This document shows, one piece after another, positions 23,754 through 33,647 of a stretch of DNA of 64,000 nt. Position 1 is the first letter of the stretch; each line of letters opens with the position of its first letter. A program made the translations under genes and the position numbers. The DNA comes from Piedraia hortae CBS 480.64 (Eukaryota). Location of the stretch: the NCBI GenBank assembly GCA_010093745.1, contig MU005959.1, positions 300,270 to 364,269 on the forward strand, in the 5' to 3' direction. The notes below the pieces were generated by a model that had not been told where the DNA came from, made no database searches, and was given only the letters and a program-made list of their open reading frames with translations.

Positions 23754-25205
23754 ATGCCGTCGCCAATGCGCATCGACTCCCCGTTTCTGGTCAGGCGTGG
23801 TGAAGAATACGAAGCAAATTGGACGAAGATGAGCCGTGGAGCCGTTCGTCCAAAGGCTGTCAAGAGGCAGCCTAATAATGGAATGTTGCCGCCAGATCCA
23901 GCAACCAACGTCATCAAAGGGTTTGTGATGTCTGGCGATGAATCCGATCGGTCGACGACCAGCACGCCCATGCTCCGACCGGTAAACGGCGGCATCAGCC
24001 TTCTTAAAGCCCAGATCGATGGTCTCCATCTGGATAAGCAGGGCGCCCTGTCCACCGGCACCTCAACGCCCATGTCCAAGGGTAGCACTGAGAGCGACTG
24101 CGCCGAGTTTGAGACATACGATGTATCTCTGGCTGATTTCGTGAGCCCCAACGCCAACGACACATCGCCGCTGCGGGCTATGGGACAGGGTCAAGTGTGT
24201 CGCAAGATGAACGTCGACGATTTTGGCGTTTTGCGCTGCCTCGGGAAGGGCGCGTTTGGGACAGTGCACTTGGTGAAGCAGCACGATACCGGCCGTCTTT
24301 ACGCTCAAAAACAGTTCAAGAAGGCTTCTTTGACGGTGCACAAGCGGCTGATTGAGCAGACGCGCACCGAACGCGCTATCCTTGAATCGATCAATCGCCA
24401 TCCATTCGTCGTAAAGCTCTATTATGCATTCCACGACAAGGAAAGACTGTATTTGATCCTTCAATATGCGCCAGGCGGAGAACTCTTCCATCATCTCTCG
24501 AGCCAACGCATGTTTTCCGTCGAAACGGCTGCTTTCTACATGGCCGAGATGGTTTTAGCTCTCGAGCATCTGCACCACAACGTCCGCGTCATTTATCGCG
24601 ACCTGAAGCCTGAGAATTGCCTACTTGATGCTGACGGCCATCTGTTGCTAACTGATTTTGGCCTCTCCAAAGTGGCCCTCGAGGGCGAAGAGACAACACA
24701 CACGATTGTCGGGACAATTGAATACATGGCGCCCGAGGTCTTTCTAAACAAAGGCTACGATTTTGCGGTTGACTGGTGGAGTCTTGGAGCTATTGGCTTT
24801 GATCTTATGACGGGTTCTCCGCCCTTTCCTGGCGGTAATCGTGCCAAGATTGAAAGCAACATCGTCAAGGCCAAATTACAACTACCCAAGATCCTCGGCC
24901 CCGACGCCCAGGATCTTCTCACAAGGCTGTTGCGTAAGGATCCACGGAAGCGACTGCATGGCCCAGCCCTCAAGGCACACCGTTTCTTTCGCAAAATTGA
25001 CTGGAAGAAGCTGGAACGTCGGGAACTCACGCCCCCGATTCAGCCATTTGTCTCTGACCCAGAGCTGGCGGAGAATTTTGACAAGGAATTCACTGAGCTG
25101 CCGCTTAGCCCAGTCCTGACAAGAGATGCAGTGTGCGACGGAGACCCGTTCGGAGGTTTCAGTTTTGTGGCCAGCAGCCTGTTAAGGGACGAGTTTGCCC
25201 TATGA
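23754..25205 (+). CDS. psk1: AGC-family Ser/Thr kinase (Psk1/Ypk3, S6K-like)
   Basis: GKGAFG, YRDLKPEN, DFG, GTIEYMAPE, DWWSLG; AGC tail ENFDKEFT and hydrophobic motif FGGFSF. Confidence 0.88.
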   Translation: MPSPMRIDSPFLVRRGEEYEANWTKMSRGAVRPKAVKRQPNNGMLPPDPATNVIKGFVMSGDESDRSTTSTPMLRPVNGGISLLKAQIDGLHLDKQGALSTGTSTPMSKGSTESDCAEFETYDVSLADFVSPNANDTSPLRAMGQGQVCRKMNVDDFGVLRCLGKGAFGTVHLVKQHDTGRLYAQKQFKKASLTVHKRLIEQTRTERAILESINRHPFVVKLYYAFHDKERLYLILQYAPGGELFHHLSSQRMFSVETAAFYMAEMVLALEHLHHNVRVIYRDLKPENCLLDADGHLLLTDFGLSKVALEGEETTHTIVGTIEYMAPEVFLNKGYDFAVDWWSLGAIGFDLMTGSPPFPGGNRAKIESNIVKAKLQLPKILGPDAQDLLTRLLRKDPRKRLHGPALKAHRFFRKIDWKKLERRELTPPIQPFVSDPELAENFDKEFTELPLSPVLTRDAVCDGDPFGGFSFVASSLLRDEFAL

Positions 25206-25585
25206 GATCTAGATTTGGTTCATCTGGCTGGCGTATTCCTATTGGACAAGTCTAAATGGTGCATGGTTTGCGCGTGCTTCTGTGTAATGTCATCTATAAA
25301 TGGCGCATGACCCACGTCAACTGCCGAACCTCTTTAACCAACCTTCCCACCACTTACTTCCATCCAAGATCAGCCGCCTTTGTGAAATCGCCAGGACCAA
25401 GGTCCCGGCATCTCATGGGCCGGTCACGCTGGCTTCTACAGCCACTCGGGCCAATGTTATCCGTTCTCTAGCTCCGCATCTGCACATACATGCAGTGCCC
25501 TGTTCCCGCTAGGCGTTCCTGGTTGCATAGACCCTATTTAAAATGCATATAAAGACGATTGGAACAGTTTTATCCCGAGTCAACA

Positions 25586-27269
25586 ATGGTTTGCCTTCGT
25601 TTCTTCACCCTCCAGATCTCTACTCTCTGCATTCTTCCTGCTTTTGCGGCTCCTTTGGCTAGTAATATCTCGCGCGCCGAATTCGTTCGCCAAGCCTGTA
25701 TGTGATCCTTCCCAGAGCGAGTGATGCTAACTATTGCAGTTCAAACCGCGTGGAGAGGTTATAAACTGTTTGTCAGACTTCCCTCTGCCGGACGAATCTT
25801 AACAAAGTAGATATGCCTTTCCCAACGATGAACTCAAACCGTTGAGCAATGGATATGACAACTCACGGAATGGCTGGGGTGCTTCTGCGGTTGATGCTCT
25901 GTCCACAGCCATTATCATGGGTGAAGCCTCCACTGTGCAGGATATCCTTGCATATGTCCCCAAAATCGATTGGAGCAAAAGCGTAAACGAAGATCCAGTC
26001 AGTTTGTTCGAGACGACGATCCGATACCTCGGGGGACTAGTATCATCATACGATCTTCTCACCGGGCCAGCCCAAGGTCTCGGCAATAACCAAACCCAAG
26101 CTCTTCTCACCCAAGCCCAAAATCTTGCAAACAACTTGAGCTACGCCTTCAACACCCCCTCAGGCATTCCGTACAATAACCTCATCCTCAGCAAACGCGG
26201 AAATGACGGGTCCACAACCAATGGCCTCGCAACAATCGGAACCCTGATCCTCGAATGGACGCGTCTTTCCGACCTAACAGGCAACAAGACGTACGCCGAA
26301 CTAGTATCTAAAGCAGAGGAGTATCTCCTCGACCCGCAACCCGCGTACAACAGTCCCTGGCCAGGTCTCGTCGGCAGCGAAATCGACATCTCTACCGGCC
26401 AGTTCCGGGACGCGTCCGGTGGATGGAACGGTGGCACGGACAGTTTCTACGAGTATCTCATCAAGATGTATGTCTACTCTCCGAGTCGCTTCGGCAAATT
26501 ACGAGACCGATGGGTTCTCGCTGCGGATAGCACAATGGCGCACCTCGCCTCTCACCCATCCTCCCGCCCAGATCTGACCTTTCTCGCGCAATATCGGAAC
26601 AAAACCCTCGACAACTCATCAGGTCACTTGGCATGTTTCGACGGCGGAAACTTCATCCTCGGTGGTCTGGTTCTATCGGAGCAAAAATACATCGACTTTG
26701 GCCTTGCCCTTGTCAATGCGTGCGAGGATACTTATAGCCAGGTACGTCTACCAAACCTCCCATGAGCGTAAAACTGACAGTTAGATGTAGACAGTAACGG
26801 GTATCGGCCCGGAGGGCTTTGCGTGGGACTCGTCTTCAGTACCGTCTGACCAAGCCGCATTCTATAAACGTGCGGGCTACTACATCACCAATAGCGGCTA
26901 TTACCTCCGCCCCGAGGTCCTCGAGAGCTTCTACTACGCCTTCCGTGCCACGGGAGACAGCAAGTACCAGGACGTAAGTTGCCCCAACAATCCCCCATCC
27001 CCCCTACTAATCCATGTAAGTGGTCCTGGAACGGCTTCCAAGCCATCTCCTCCAACTGTCGCGCAGGCTCCGGCTTCGCGGAACTAACCAACGTCAACTC
27101 CGCCAACGGCGGGCAGAAGCGGGATTTCCAAGACTCCTTCTTCTTCGCCGAAGTGCTCAAGTACGCGTACCTCATCCACGCCCCGGAAAAGGAGTGGAAT
27201 GTCATGAAATCAGATAATAAATGGGTGTTCAACACCGAGGGTCATCCTGTTAAAGTCGCTGGGTATTAG
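25586..27269 (+). CDS. Secreted GH47 class I alpha-1,2-mannosidase (MsdS-like), several introns
   Basis: Signal-peptide-like N-terminus; [63 protein letters not shown]. Confidence 0.93.
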
Positions 27270-27293
27270 GCCCAAAAAAAAAATAAAAATTAA

Positions 27294-29429
27294 TCAAATC
27301 CTCCAACACGCAGCAACATGTTCACCCGTCTCCGCCCTCGCCCGCTCAACACAATCCCTCATCAACTTTCTCGGTGCCCATCGACCTGTGAAAATCTCGA
27401 ACTGCGCATAAGCTTGTTCGGGGAGGACGTCAAAGTAATCCATCACGATCCAGTTCGGACCGAGGTTATAATTCCTCCGTGGCGCGTAGGTCAACTCGAT
27501 GAGGACACCGCCCGTCGGGCTCGCGAGCCAAGAAGACGGGATTTGGAAGTCTGCTGCGCTGGAAGGAGGGATACTGGAGACGATCATGCTGGGTAGTCGC
27601 AGCCCTTCGGGCCAGGGATCGTCGAATGAGTTTATGACTGTGACTCTCCCGCCTGGGTAAGAGTCTGCGAGGGCCTGCGCGCGCGACCGCGTGCGGTTGT
27701 AGATTACGATGTGTCGTACTCCGAGAGTTGTCAGAGAGTATGCTGCTGAGCGGGCTTGGCCTCCGGCTCCGATTATGAGACCTGTGCTGCTAGGTCGGAT
27801 GGCGTTTGCGGGAGAGAGCCCGCGTATGAGACAGGCACGGATTCCGATCCAGTCAGTGTTGAACCCATACAGTGCGCTGCCGCCTCGCGGACGATTGACG
27901 AGAGTTTCTTCAAGTGAGGAGTCCGGGCGGTAGGGGATGATGGTGTTCACTGAGCCGATTTGGCGCGCTTCTGGACTGAGGTTCGTGGCTAGGTTGATGA
28001 CGTCCGTTTTATACGGTTGCACGATGGCTGCGCCGCCGAAGTCCGGTTGGGCTATCAGCTCACGGAGGTCGGAAAGGCTGGGGGCGGAGTGTGTGCGGAT
28101 GCTGTGTGGCATTCCGCAAACGGAAAATGCTTCAGAGTACATGGCTGGTGAGAGGGAGTAGCTCACGTCTGCGCCGTATACGATGAATTTGAGCGATGGG
28201 TAGACGAACGTGGCGAAGAGCGCGTTCATCACGGCTCGGGCTGCGAGCCATTCGTCGTTGACGGGGGTCAGAATGCGGTTGGAGCAGCGTGATCTTCGCC
28301 CTTCGAGCCCGGTGTTGTAGGCAATGAGTCCTGCTCGGCCTTCAACTTCTGCTCTAGCCCGAAATGCCTGCAGTTGCAAGTCATCGTCGCCATCTGCGGG
28401 CATTGTGATAGAGACGAGATCACACCCCAGTCTAGCACCACGCTGGTACTCTGTCCAGGCATCCTCCCATCCCCGACTGGGACGTTGGTCTAGGTTGACG
28501 GCACCGATCACTTCTGTTCGTCCTCGGCCTTGAATTAAGGTGGTCACACCTACATCTCCTTGGGCCAGATCAATGACGCTGAACTCTGGTGCTAGACGAA
28601 AACAGTGCTGAGGTGCGCTCGGGACTGATAGGATAATTGGAATTATGCAGGCCCGACGTAGCATAGCAAAGGCTTCTGCCAAACGACACACCCCTTCTTC
28701 ATCATCTATGCACTCTCCTCGCAGCTCCATAGCATCGACGCCAATCTGGATGGAATCAAGATCAACTCTACCGCTGATCACATCTTCTACGTGTAAGACG
28801 GATGAAAGTGTGAATTTGCGCTGGACCACTGGGAAATGTGGCAGTAGATAGGACAGATGATGGGATGGTATGCTTGGGGGCCCGACCACGGTGGATAGCA
28901 GTTGCAAGAACGCTCGCTCCGTCCTTTTCAGCGTCAGCGAGAGGCCGGCCGGATGGTCCAGATTAGGCTGACCCTCAGATTGCTCTGTCAAGTTGAAGAA
29001 GGTGAAATTAGTACATGACCGGAGCAGAGGTCCACTGACGTGCAGTAAATGTCTGGTGAGCTCGAGTGAGGGAGTCTGTAAATAACTTTGAACTCCCTTT
29101 GCCTCGCGCATAATGTGTATTACCGGGTGCGTCTGGGCAAAATCACGCAACCGTGCGGCCCCTAAGCCTTGGAGGTCGGTAATGGTGCCCACGATGATGG
29201 CATCCTGGTCGTGTGTGCGCAGCACCTGTTCCAGTATTGCATCATGTTGAGTCTGGCATGCGTCTGCGCCATGGAGTTTACGATACTGGTTGGGCGAGAT
29301 GCCGTGAATATCCGCAAATACACGCTCTGATTCAACCAGGCGGCGACGGTAGGCTGTGGCAGCAAGAACTCCAAGTGAACTCTTGCCGACTCCTTGCACG
29401 CCAATGAGAACAACCGAGGGATTCCCCAT
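27294..29429 (-). CDS. qutR: Quinate pathway repressor (QutR/QA-1S): shikimate kinase-like, type I DHQase-like and shikimate dehydrogenase-like domains
   Basis: LIGVQGVGKSSL P-loop, SLSPAMY, IGSVNTI, GFNTDWIGI, IIGAGGQARSAAY, QFEIFTG; divergent from a Zn2Cys6 activator inside a quinate cluster. Confidence 0.9.
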   Translation of the reverse strand: MGNPSVVLIGVQGVGKSSLGVLAATAYRRRLVESERVFADIHGISPNQYRKLHGADACQTQHDAILEQVLRTHDQDAIIVGTITDLQGLGAARLRDFAQTHPVIHIMREAKGVQSYLQTPSLELTRHLLHVSGPLLRSCTNFTFFNLTEQSEGQPNLDHPAGLSLTLKRTERAFLQLLSTVVGPPSIPSHHLSYLLPHFPVVQRKFTLSSVLHVEDVISGRVDLDSIQIGVDAMELRGECIDDEEGVCRLAEAFAMLRRACIIPIILSVPSAPQHCFRLAPEFSVIDLAQGDVGVTTLIQGRGRTEVIGAVNLDQRPSRGWEDAWTEYQRGARLGCDLVSITMPADGDDDLQLQAFRARAEVEGRAGLIAYNTGLEGRRSRCSNRILTPVNDEWLAARAVMNALFATFVYPSLKFIVYGADVSYSLSPAMYSEAFSVCGMPHSIRTHSAPSLSDLRELIAQPDFGGAAIVQPYKTDVINLATNLSPEARQIGSVNTIIPYRPDSSLEETLVNRPRGGSALYGFNTDWIGIRACLIRGLSPANAIRPSSTGLIIGAGGQARSAAYSLTTLGVRHIVIYNRTRSRAQALADSYPGGRVTVINSFDDPWPEGLRLPSMIVSSIPPSSAADFQIPSSWLASPTGGVLIELTYAPRRNYNLGPNWIVMDYFDVLPEQAYAQFEIFTGRWAPRKLMRDCVERARAETGEHVAACWRI

Positions 29430-29509
29430 GGTCTCAACGGCAGTTCGAGAACCTTTGGATGGGCCAGCCACAATTCGTCACCCGCGCAGAATCACCATGA
29501 CGGTCAACG

Positions 29510-30862
29510 ATGCAACATTCCAACGGTCGCAAAAGGTCTCGTCCACCATCTCCCAAGCGTTCTCGCGTCTCAAGGGCTTGTGACAAGTGCCGAGCGAGCC
29601 GTGAAAAATGCGACGGCGCACGTCCCTGCTGCAGAACTTGCTTCATCCAGAAGCGAGAATGTTCGTATGATGACCCAGCTAAAAAACGAGGCATCCAGCC
29701 AAATTATATCCGATCACTGGAGGTCTTTGTTGCTTGGCTGCTGAACGAGTATCCTGATGCAGATGGCCGCTTGGCCTCTCATCTAGTTTGCGAAACCGAC
29801 AGCATACGCGGCGCCATTGTGTCTGGCGATGCCGCTGCTGAGAAGCTGCTGCGTGTCTGGCGAGACAGTATGATTCGCCGTCAATCCGAACAACTGCTTT
29901 CTGGCTCCAAAGTCGATGGCCCAGCCCCTACTGCCCTCCCGGACGCGGCTTGGCTACTGTTGGAGTATTACTTTGCATTTACCCAAGCCTGGTTGCCAAT
30001 TGTAGAGAGACAAAACATTCTGAAAACCTTCTATACCTATCCCACAGACAACAATCATGCAGAGCTGTGGAGCATCTTGGCTCTCTCAGCCATACAGCTG
30101 AAGCAAGCAACCGACGGCAGTTATGAGGACGCAAAGATACGTGACTTCGCCCAAGCCCAAAGCCGGCACAGTTCCGGTGAAGCTTCGACCAATGTTCGAA
30201 CTACTCTTCTCCAGGTACTTCTGGAAATGACATGCGGAGAGTGGCAGCAGGCTTGGATGCAGATTGGAAGTGCCATCCGGACACTTCTTAGCCTACCTTC
30301 AACCAATCTACAGTCGCTCACACTGTCTGCATTTGTACTAGAATCGGCCATCGCCCACCAGCTCGGTATCTCAGAGGTCCATCTACGACCAGACTACGCC
30401 AGCGCCATGGGTCTTCTGGCCGATGATGGCGTAGAAGAATGGGCACCATGGGAGGATCCCTTGGTTGCAACTGGGGAGAAACCACCTACCATGGCGTTGA
30501 GCACCCTGAATCAGTTGGTTCGCATGACTCTGCGAGCATATGATTCCTCTGGGCGATTAAAACTGGAGTCGGATGCTGCATCAAAAGCTGTCGTTGCTCT
30601 GCTTAGCAACGCCGTACTTACCCATGGACGGTTACGACCGTGGGCGAAGTTGACGACACTGGAGCCAGAAGTTGCTCTGCCGCCAGTTCTTGATGGTGTG
30701 GAGGAAGACACCTCGGGGTTATTCGAAGAACTCGCCATGCTCGGGCACAGCGATTCCGACAGCCATCACTCTCAGTTTATGCAGAATCTTGGCTTTGCAC
30801 CTGACCTTGATCTGTCTGAGTACTTTGGCAGAGATTACGGTGTTTCACGAGATGGAAGATAG
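29510..30862 (+). CDS. qutA: Zn(II)2Cys6 quinate utilisation activator (QutA/QA-1F)
   Basis: RVSRACDKCRASREKCDGARPCCRTCFIQKRECSY...KKRGIQPNYIRSLE; C-terminal QFMQNLGF; cluster context. Confidence 0.88.
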   Translation: MQHSNGRKRSRPPSPKRSRVSRACDKCRASREKCDGARPCCRTCFIQKRECSYDDPAKKRGIQPNYIRSLEVFVAWLLNEYPDADGRLASHLVCETDSIRGAIVSGDAAAEKLLRVWRDSMIRRQSEQLLSGSKVDGPAPTALPDAAWLLLEYYFAFTQAWLPIVERQNILKTFYTYPTDNNHAELWSILALSAIQLKQATDGSYEDAKIRDFAQAQSRHSSGEASTNVRTTLLQVLLEMTCGEWQQAWMQIGSAIRTLLSLPSTNLQSLTLSAFVLESAIAHQLGISEVHLRPDYASAMGLLADDGVEEWAPWEDPLVATGEKPPTMALSTLNQLVRMTLRAYDSSGRLKLESDAASKAVVALLSNAVLTHGRLRPWAKLTTLEPEVALPPVLDGVEEDTSGLFEELAMLGHSDSDSHHSQFMQNLGFAPDLDLSEYFGRDYGVSRDGR

Positions 30863-31118
30863 AGCCTTTGGAAGATTGACATTCCAAACAGCCTCGCTAC
30901 GTCTTAGATCACTGCTGCAACTGACTTGACTTCCATCACAACGCTATCTATGCCTGCGGCATTATCCCAGACCGTGGAGTCTGCGGAAAATCTGCACTGC
31001 ACAGCCGAATGTCAAGTCGGAATGATCTTGGCGCACTGGTAAAAAGAAAAATCATCATATCATCATATCTATGTTTTATGCATCACATATCCTTGCGCCT
31101 TGCTAGCTTAATCTAGAA

Positions 31119-32138
31119 TCACAACTGAGCTCCCATGTGTCGCGCGAGAAAATCGCGTTCAATTTTGCGCCAAGAAATCGTCGCACGACGGGCATGCTCG
31201 GCGGGGGTATCTGGGCTGGGGTCGAATAACGAAGCGCTAAACAGCTCGGCACTGACATAGCCATGATAGCCGAGATCGACGAGGATGGCTTTCAGAATCG
31301 CAGCAATTGGGAGGTAAGCACCGCGATCGTGCTCGCCGTAGAAGAGCCGACAATTGCGGGACCAGCTCATGCGAGCGGGCTGGCCTGGGACATAATACTC
31401 GTGATTCTCATCAAGCGGACGTGAGAGGTATGCAGCATCAACGACCTGTACGAAGAAAACCTTGCTCACATCGACATCTTGCACGAGCCGGCGCAGCGAG
31501 GCCGCCATATCGGCTTCCGCGTTTGGTGTACGTCCACCCTCGACGGCCGGATCGGCATATACGCGGCCGGCCATATTGAATGTGTCTAGGCAGAGCCCAA
31601 AGTTGTGCCGGTCAACCCTCTGCACAATCTCCCAACTCCGCTCCCAGGTGTCGGAATGTGTTCCCCACGCGAGGCTTTCGTAAGTCATTAGAAGGCCATG
31701 CGGAGCGGCGAGATCGGCGACTTCGCGGAGATCGGCAACGATGAGGTCAAGATCGCCACTGGCTTCGCTTTCGGGGAGGAAAGACGATGGGATGCAGATT
31801 AGGGGGGTGTGCAATTCCAATGCCAGTTGGATCCAGAGCTCCATTTCTTTGATCCGTTGAGCGTGCTTTTGTCTGTCGCGGAGACCCTCATAATGCATAA
31901 ATGGCTGCAAACATATGATTGAGATGCAGCGTTGCTTGCACTGCGTCCTGATGTCTCGGGCAGCCTCTAGCAGACATTCTTCCTCACTGCCGCTCTTGCT
32001 CTTGGCCACATATTGGAGGTCTTCGTAGAACAACTCAAGATCGAAACCATACCGAGCAGCTTGGTTCAGCTTTGATGTGAAGTCATGAACGGCGGCGCGG
32101 CCGAGGGAGTGAGATGAGATTGCCTTTTTACAAACCAT
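31119..32138 (-). CDS. qutC: 3-dehydroshikimate dehydratase (QutC/QA-4, AP-endonuclease-2 TIM barrel)
   Basis: AISSHSLGRA, ELFYEDL, CLQPFMHYEGL, YESLAWGT, LCLDTFN, RMSWSRNCRLF. Confidence 0.93.
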   Translation of the reverse strand: MVCKKAISSHSLGRAAVHDFTSKLNQAARYGFDLELFYEDLQYVAKSKSGSEEECLLEAARDIRTQCKQRCISIICLQPFMHYEGLRDRQKHAQRIKEMELWIQLALELHTPLICIPSSFLPESEASGDLDLIVADLREVADLAAPHGLLMTYESLAWGTHSDTWERSWEIVQRVDRHNFGLCLDTFNMAGRVYADPAVEGGRTPNAEADMAASLRRLVQDVDVSKVFFVQVVDAAYLSRPLDENHEYYVPGQPARMSWSRNCRLFYGEHDRGAYLPIAAILKAILVDLGYHGYVSAELFSASLFDPSPDTPAEHARRATISWRKIERDFLARHMGAQL

Positions 32139-32266
32139 GTTACTTTCGTTGGAGATTTTGACAAAGATGGAAAGAGAGCTCAACGACGGATTATATATAT
32201 GTATCTGTGCTATCTGTTCGGTGAAAGATAGCAATACGAACTTGATTACCGCATTCCGGTTTCATT

Positions 32267-32282
32267 GGATAAGCTTTCATCC
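32267..32282. promoter_or_regulatory. Candidate QutA/QA-1F binding site upstream of qutC
   Basis: GGATAAGCTTTCATCC matches the Neurospora QA-1F consensus GGRTAARYRYTTAYCC at 14 of 16 positions, ~130 bp upstream of the qutC ATG. Confidence 0.55.
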
Positions 32283-32526
32283 CCCCGGAAGTGGGGGTCT
32301 CTCATTGCCACTGATGCGATGCGACAGTCAGCACTGACACGGGTTCTGCGTGCTTTAATCTCGGTGTGACGCAAAACAGACACGCCGCTGACAGGCCCAA
32401 CGGTTCGGACTATCGCCCCGTTTATATCACAGGGTTTCTATTTTTGTTATCCTGGTTGGCATCCCTGTCCCGGGGCTCGTAAAGCGTTTTACGAGCTGGA
32501 TGACGGAATAAAAATTCCCGCCCCAT

Positions 32527-33400
32527 AAAACAGTGTTCGTCGTGAAGCTCTTATCAGAAATGCACTCTCGGACCCAAGTGCTGAAGGCTCGTGTAGGCCA
32601 CAGACCCTGTCGACTGATGAGCTTGTGTCAAGGGCGAAACGGTCATGTCACCGCATCGGTCTAGCCCTAAATGTTGGTGTCAAAACGTTGCCTCCTGCCA
32701 AGAAGTTTGCTTGACCTTGGCGAGAGCCTAACCAACTGTTGGCTTCAGGACGGGAGAGCTGAACACCCCGAAAGCTGGATACTGAATCTTCAATGGGCTT
32801 TGAGCAATTCACGAATCTAAACGAACAGTAGCGAAAGACTCTGTGATCATTTTCGCAGTCACTTCTGAATGTATGATAGCAGACACTGGAGGCAGCGGAT
32901 GTCTCTTCTTAGCGGACTGTGACTATTCCCGATTTATACCCGTAGTCACTTGGTAATGATACAAAACCAAACACCACCACCATGGGAAACCACATAAATC
33001 TCGACCTGACCGCGGTAGACCACTTCCGCGGTAGGTCACCTCACTGTTTCAAGCCAACATCTACCAGCAGCCTAGGCACCTCAGAACTTGTGGTCATGAG
33101 ATCTCTACCCCCTCACTTCGGCGTGCGCCACCCGGTATAATAGTCATCCACCTGTGGATGCAGAGTCTCTTGAGAGAAACTCGATGTAGATGGTAACTTG
33201 TAGCGACGATGAGGGAAAGTAGTTTACCTCAACGCAAGGCGAAAGGTTGAATTTTCATGGGATTGTATCCAGTGGGATCACTTGCCAAGACCGCCATGTG
33301 GGGGAAGGATTTCTTGCTGTACTTTGACATATAGACCGAATAGGCTGATCTGTGTACTTCATGAACTGGTTAAAATGGTCACAGTTTCACGTAGAAAACA
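32527..33400 (+). ncRNA. ~870-nt highly base-paired, hammerhead-containing non-coding element (retrozyme or viroid-like candidate)
   Basis: Two adjacent arms of nested complementary segments (32534-32827 and 32833-33388); no ORF of 60 aa or more within 32340-33350; AAAACA at both ends. Confidence 0.55.
32594..32669 (+). ncRNA. Type I hammerhead ribozyme motif (variant with C at position 16.1)
   Basis: Stem I CGA/TCG extended by AGAC/GTCT; core CTGATGA 32614-32620; stem II 32621-32635 closed by G-C; GAAA 32636-32639; stem III CGGT/ACCG; cleavage triplet GCA rather than GUH. Confidence 0.7.
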
Positions 33401-33647
33401 CATTCGGCCTCAGCAACACACTGCATGACCACCCGTCTCCCATCGACCTTCGAAATCAAATTCACATAACCACACCCCCTCCCCTCCGCCACCACCACAG
33501 CAACAATCCAATGGACAATCACCTACCAATCCAGACCAGTTAATCATCACATCAGTGATTACATCCCTACCAACACCCATCGCCTCAATAAAATTACAAA
33601 GATCTCCCACATAAAAGAAACACCCAACTCCCCTCCCATCTCAAACA

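Noticed and set aside
32661..32670. CTAGCCCTAA as a telomerase RNA template
   Set aside because: One mismatch from CTAACCCTAA, it lies in the hammerhead's outer stem, and no feasible pseudoknot was found. Disfavoured but not formally excluded.
32534..32827. RNase P/MRP or SRP RNA reading of arm A (AAGGCTC could pair with GGGCTTT like P4; CAGG...AGC hairpin)
   Set aside because: The conserved bulged U of P4, the CR-I consensus and the SRP helix-8 GNRA/AGCA motif are absent. The hammerhead explains the core better. An Rfam search would settle it.
32529..32829. Arm A as a solo LTR (TG...CA ends) or a 295-nt unit bounded by AACAGT
   Set aside because: No target-site duplication flanks the TG/CA ends, and base pairing continues directly into arm B.
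33040..33185. Second ribozyme (minus-strand hammerhead CTGAGGT...GAAAC, or hairpin-ribozyme-like AGAAAC/GTATAATA)
   Set aside because: Core mismatches; the required flanking helices and motif order do not fit.
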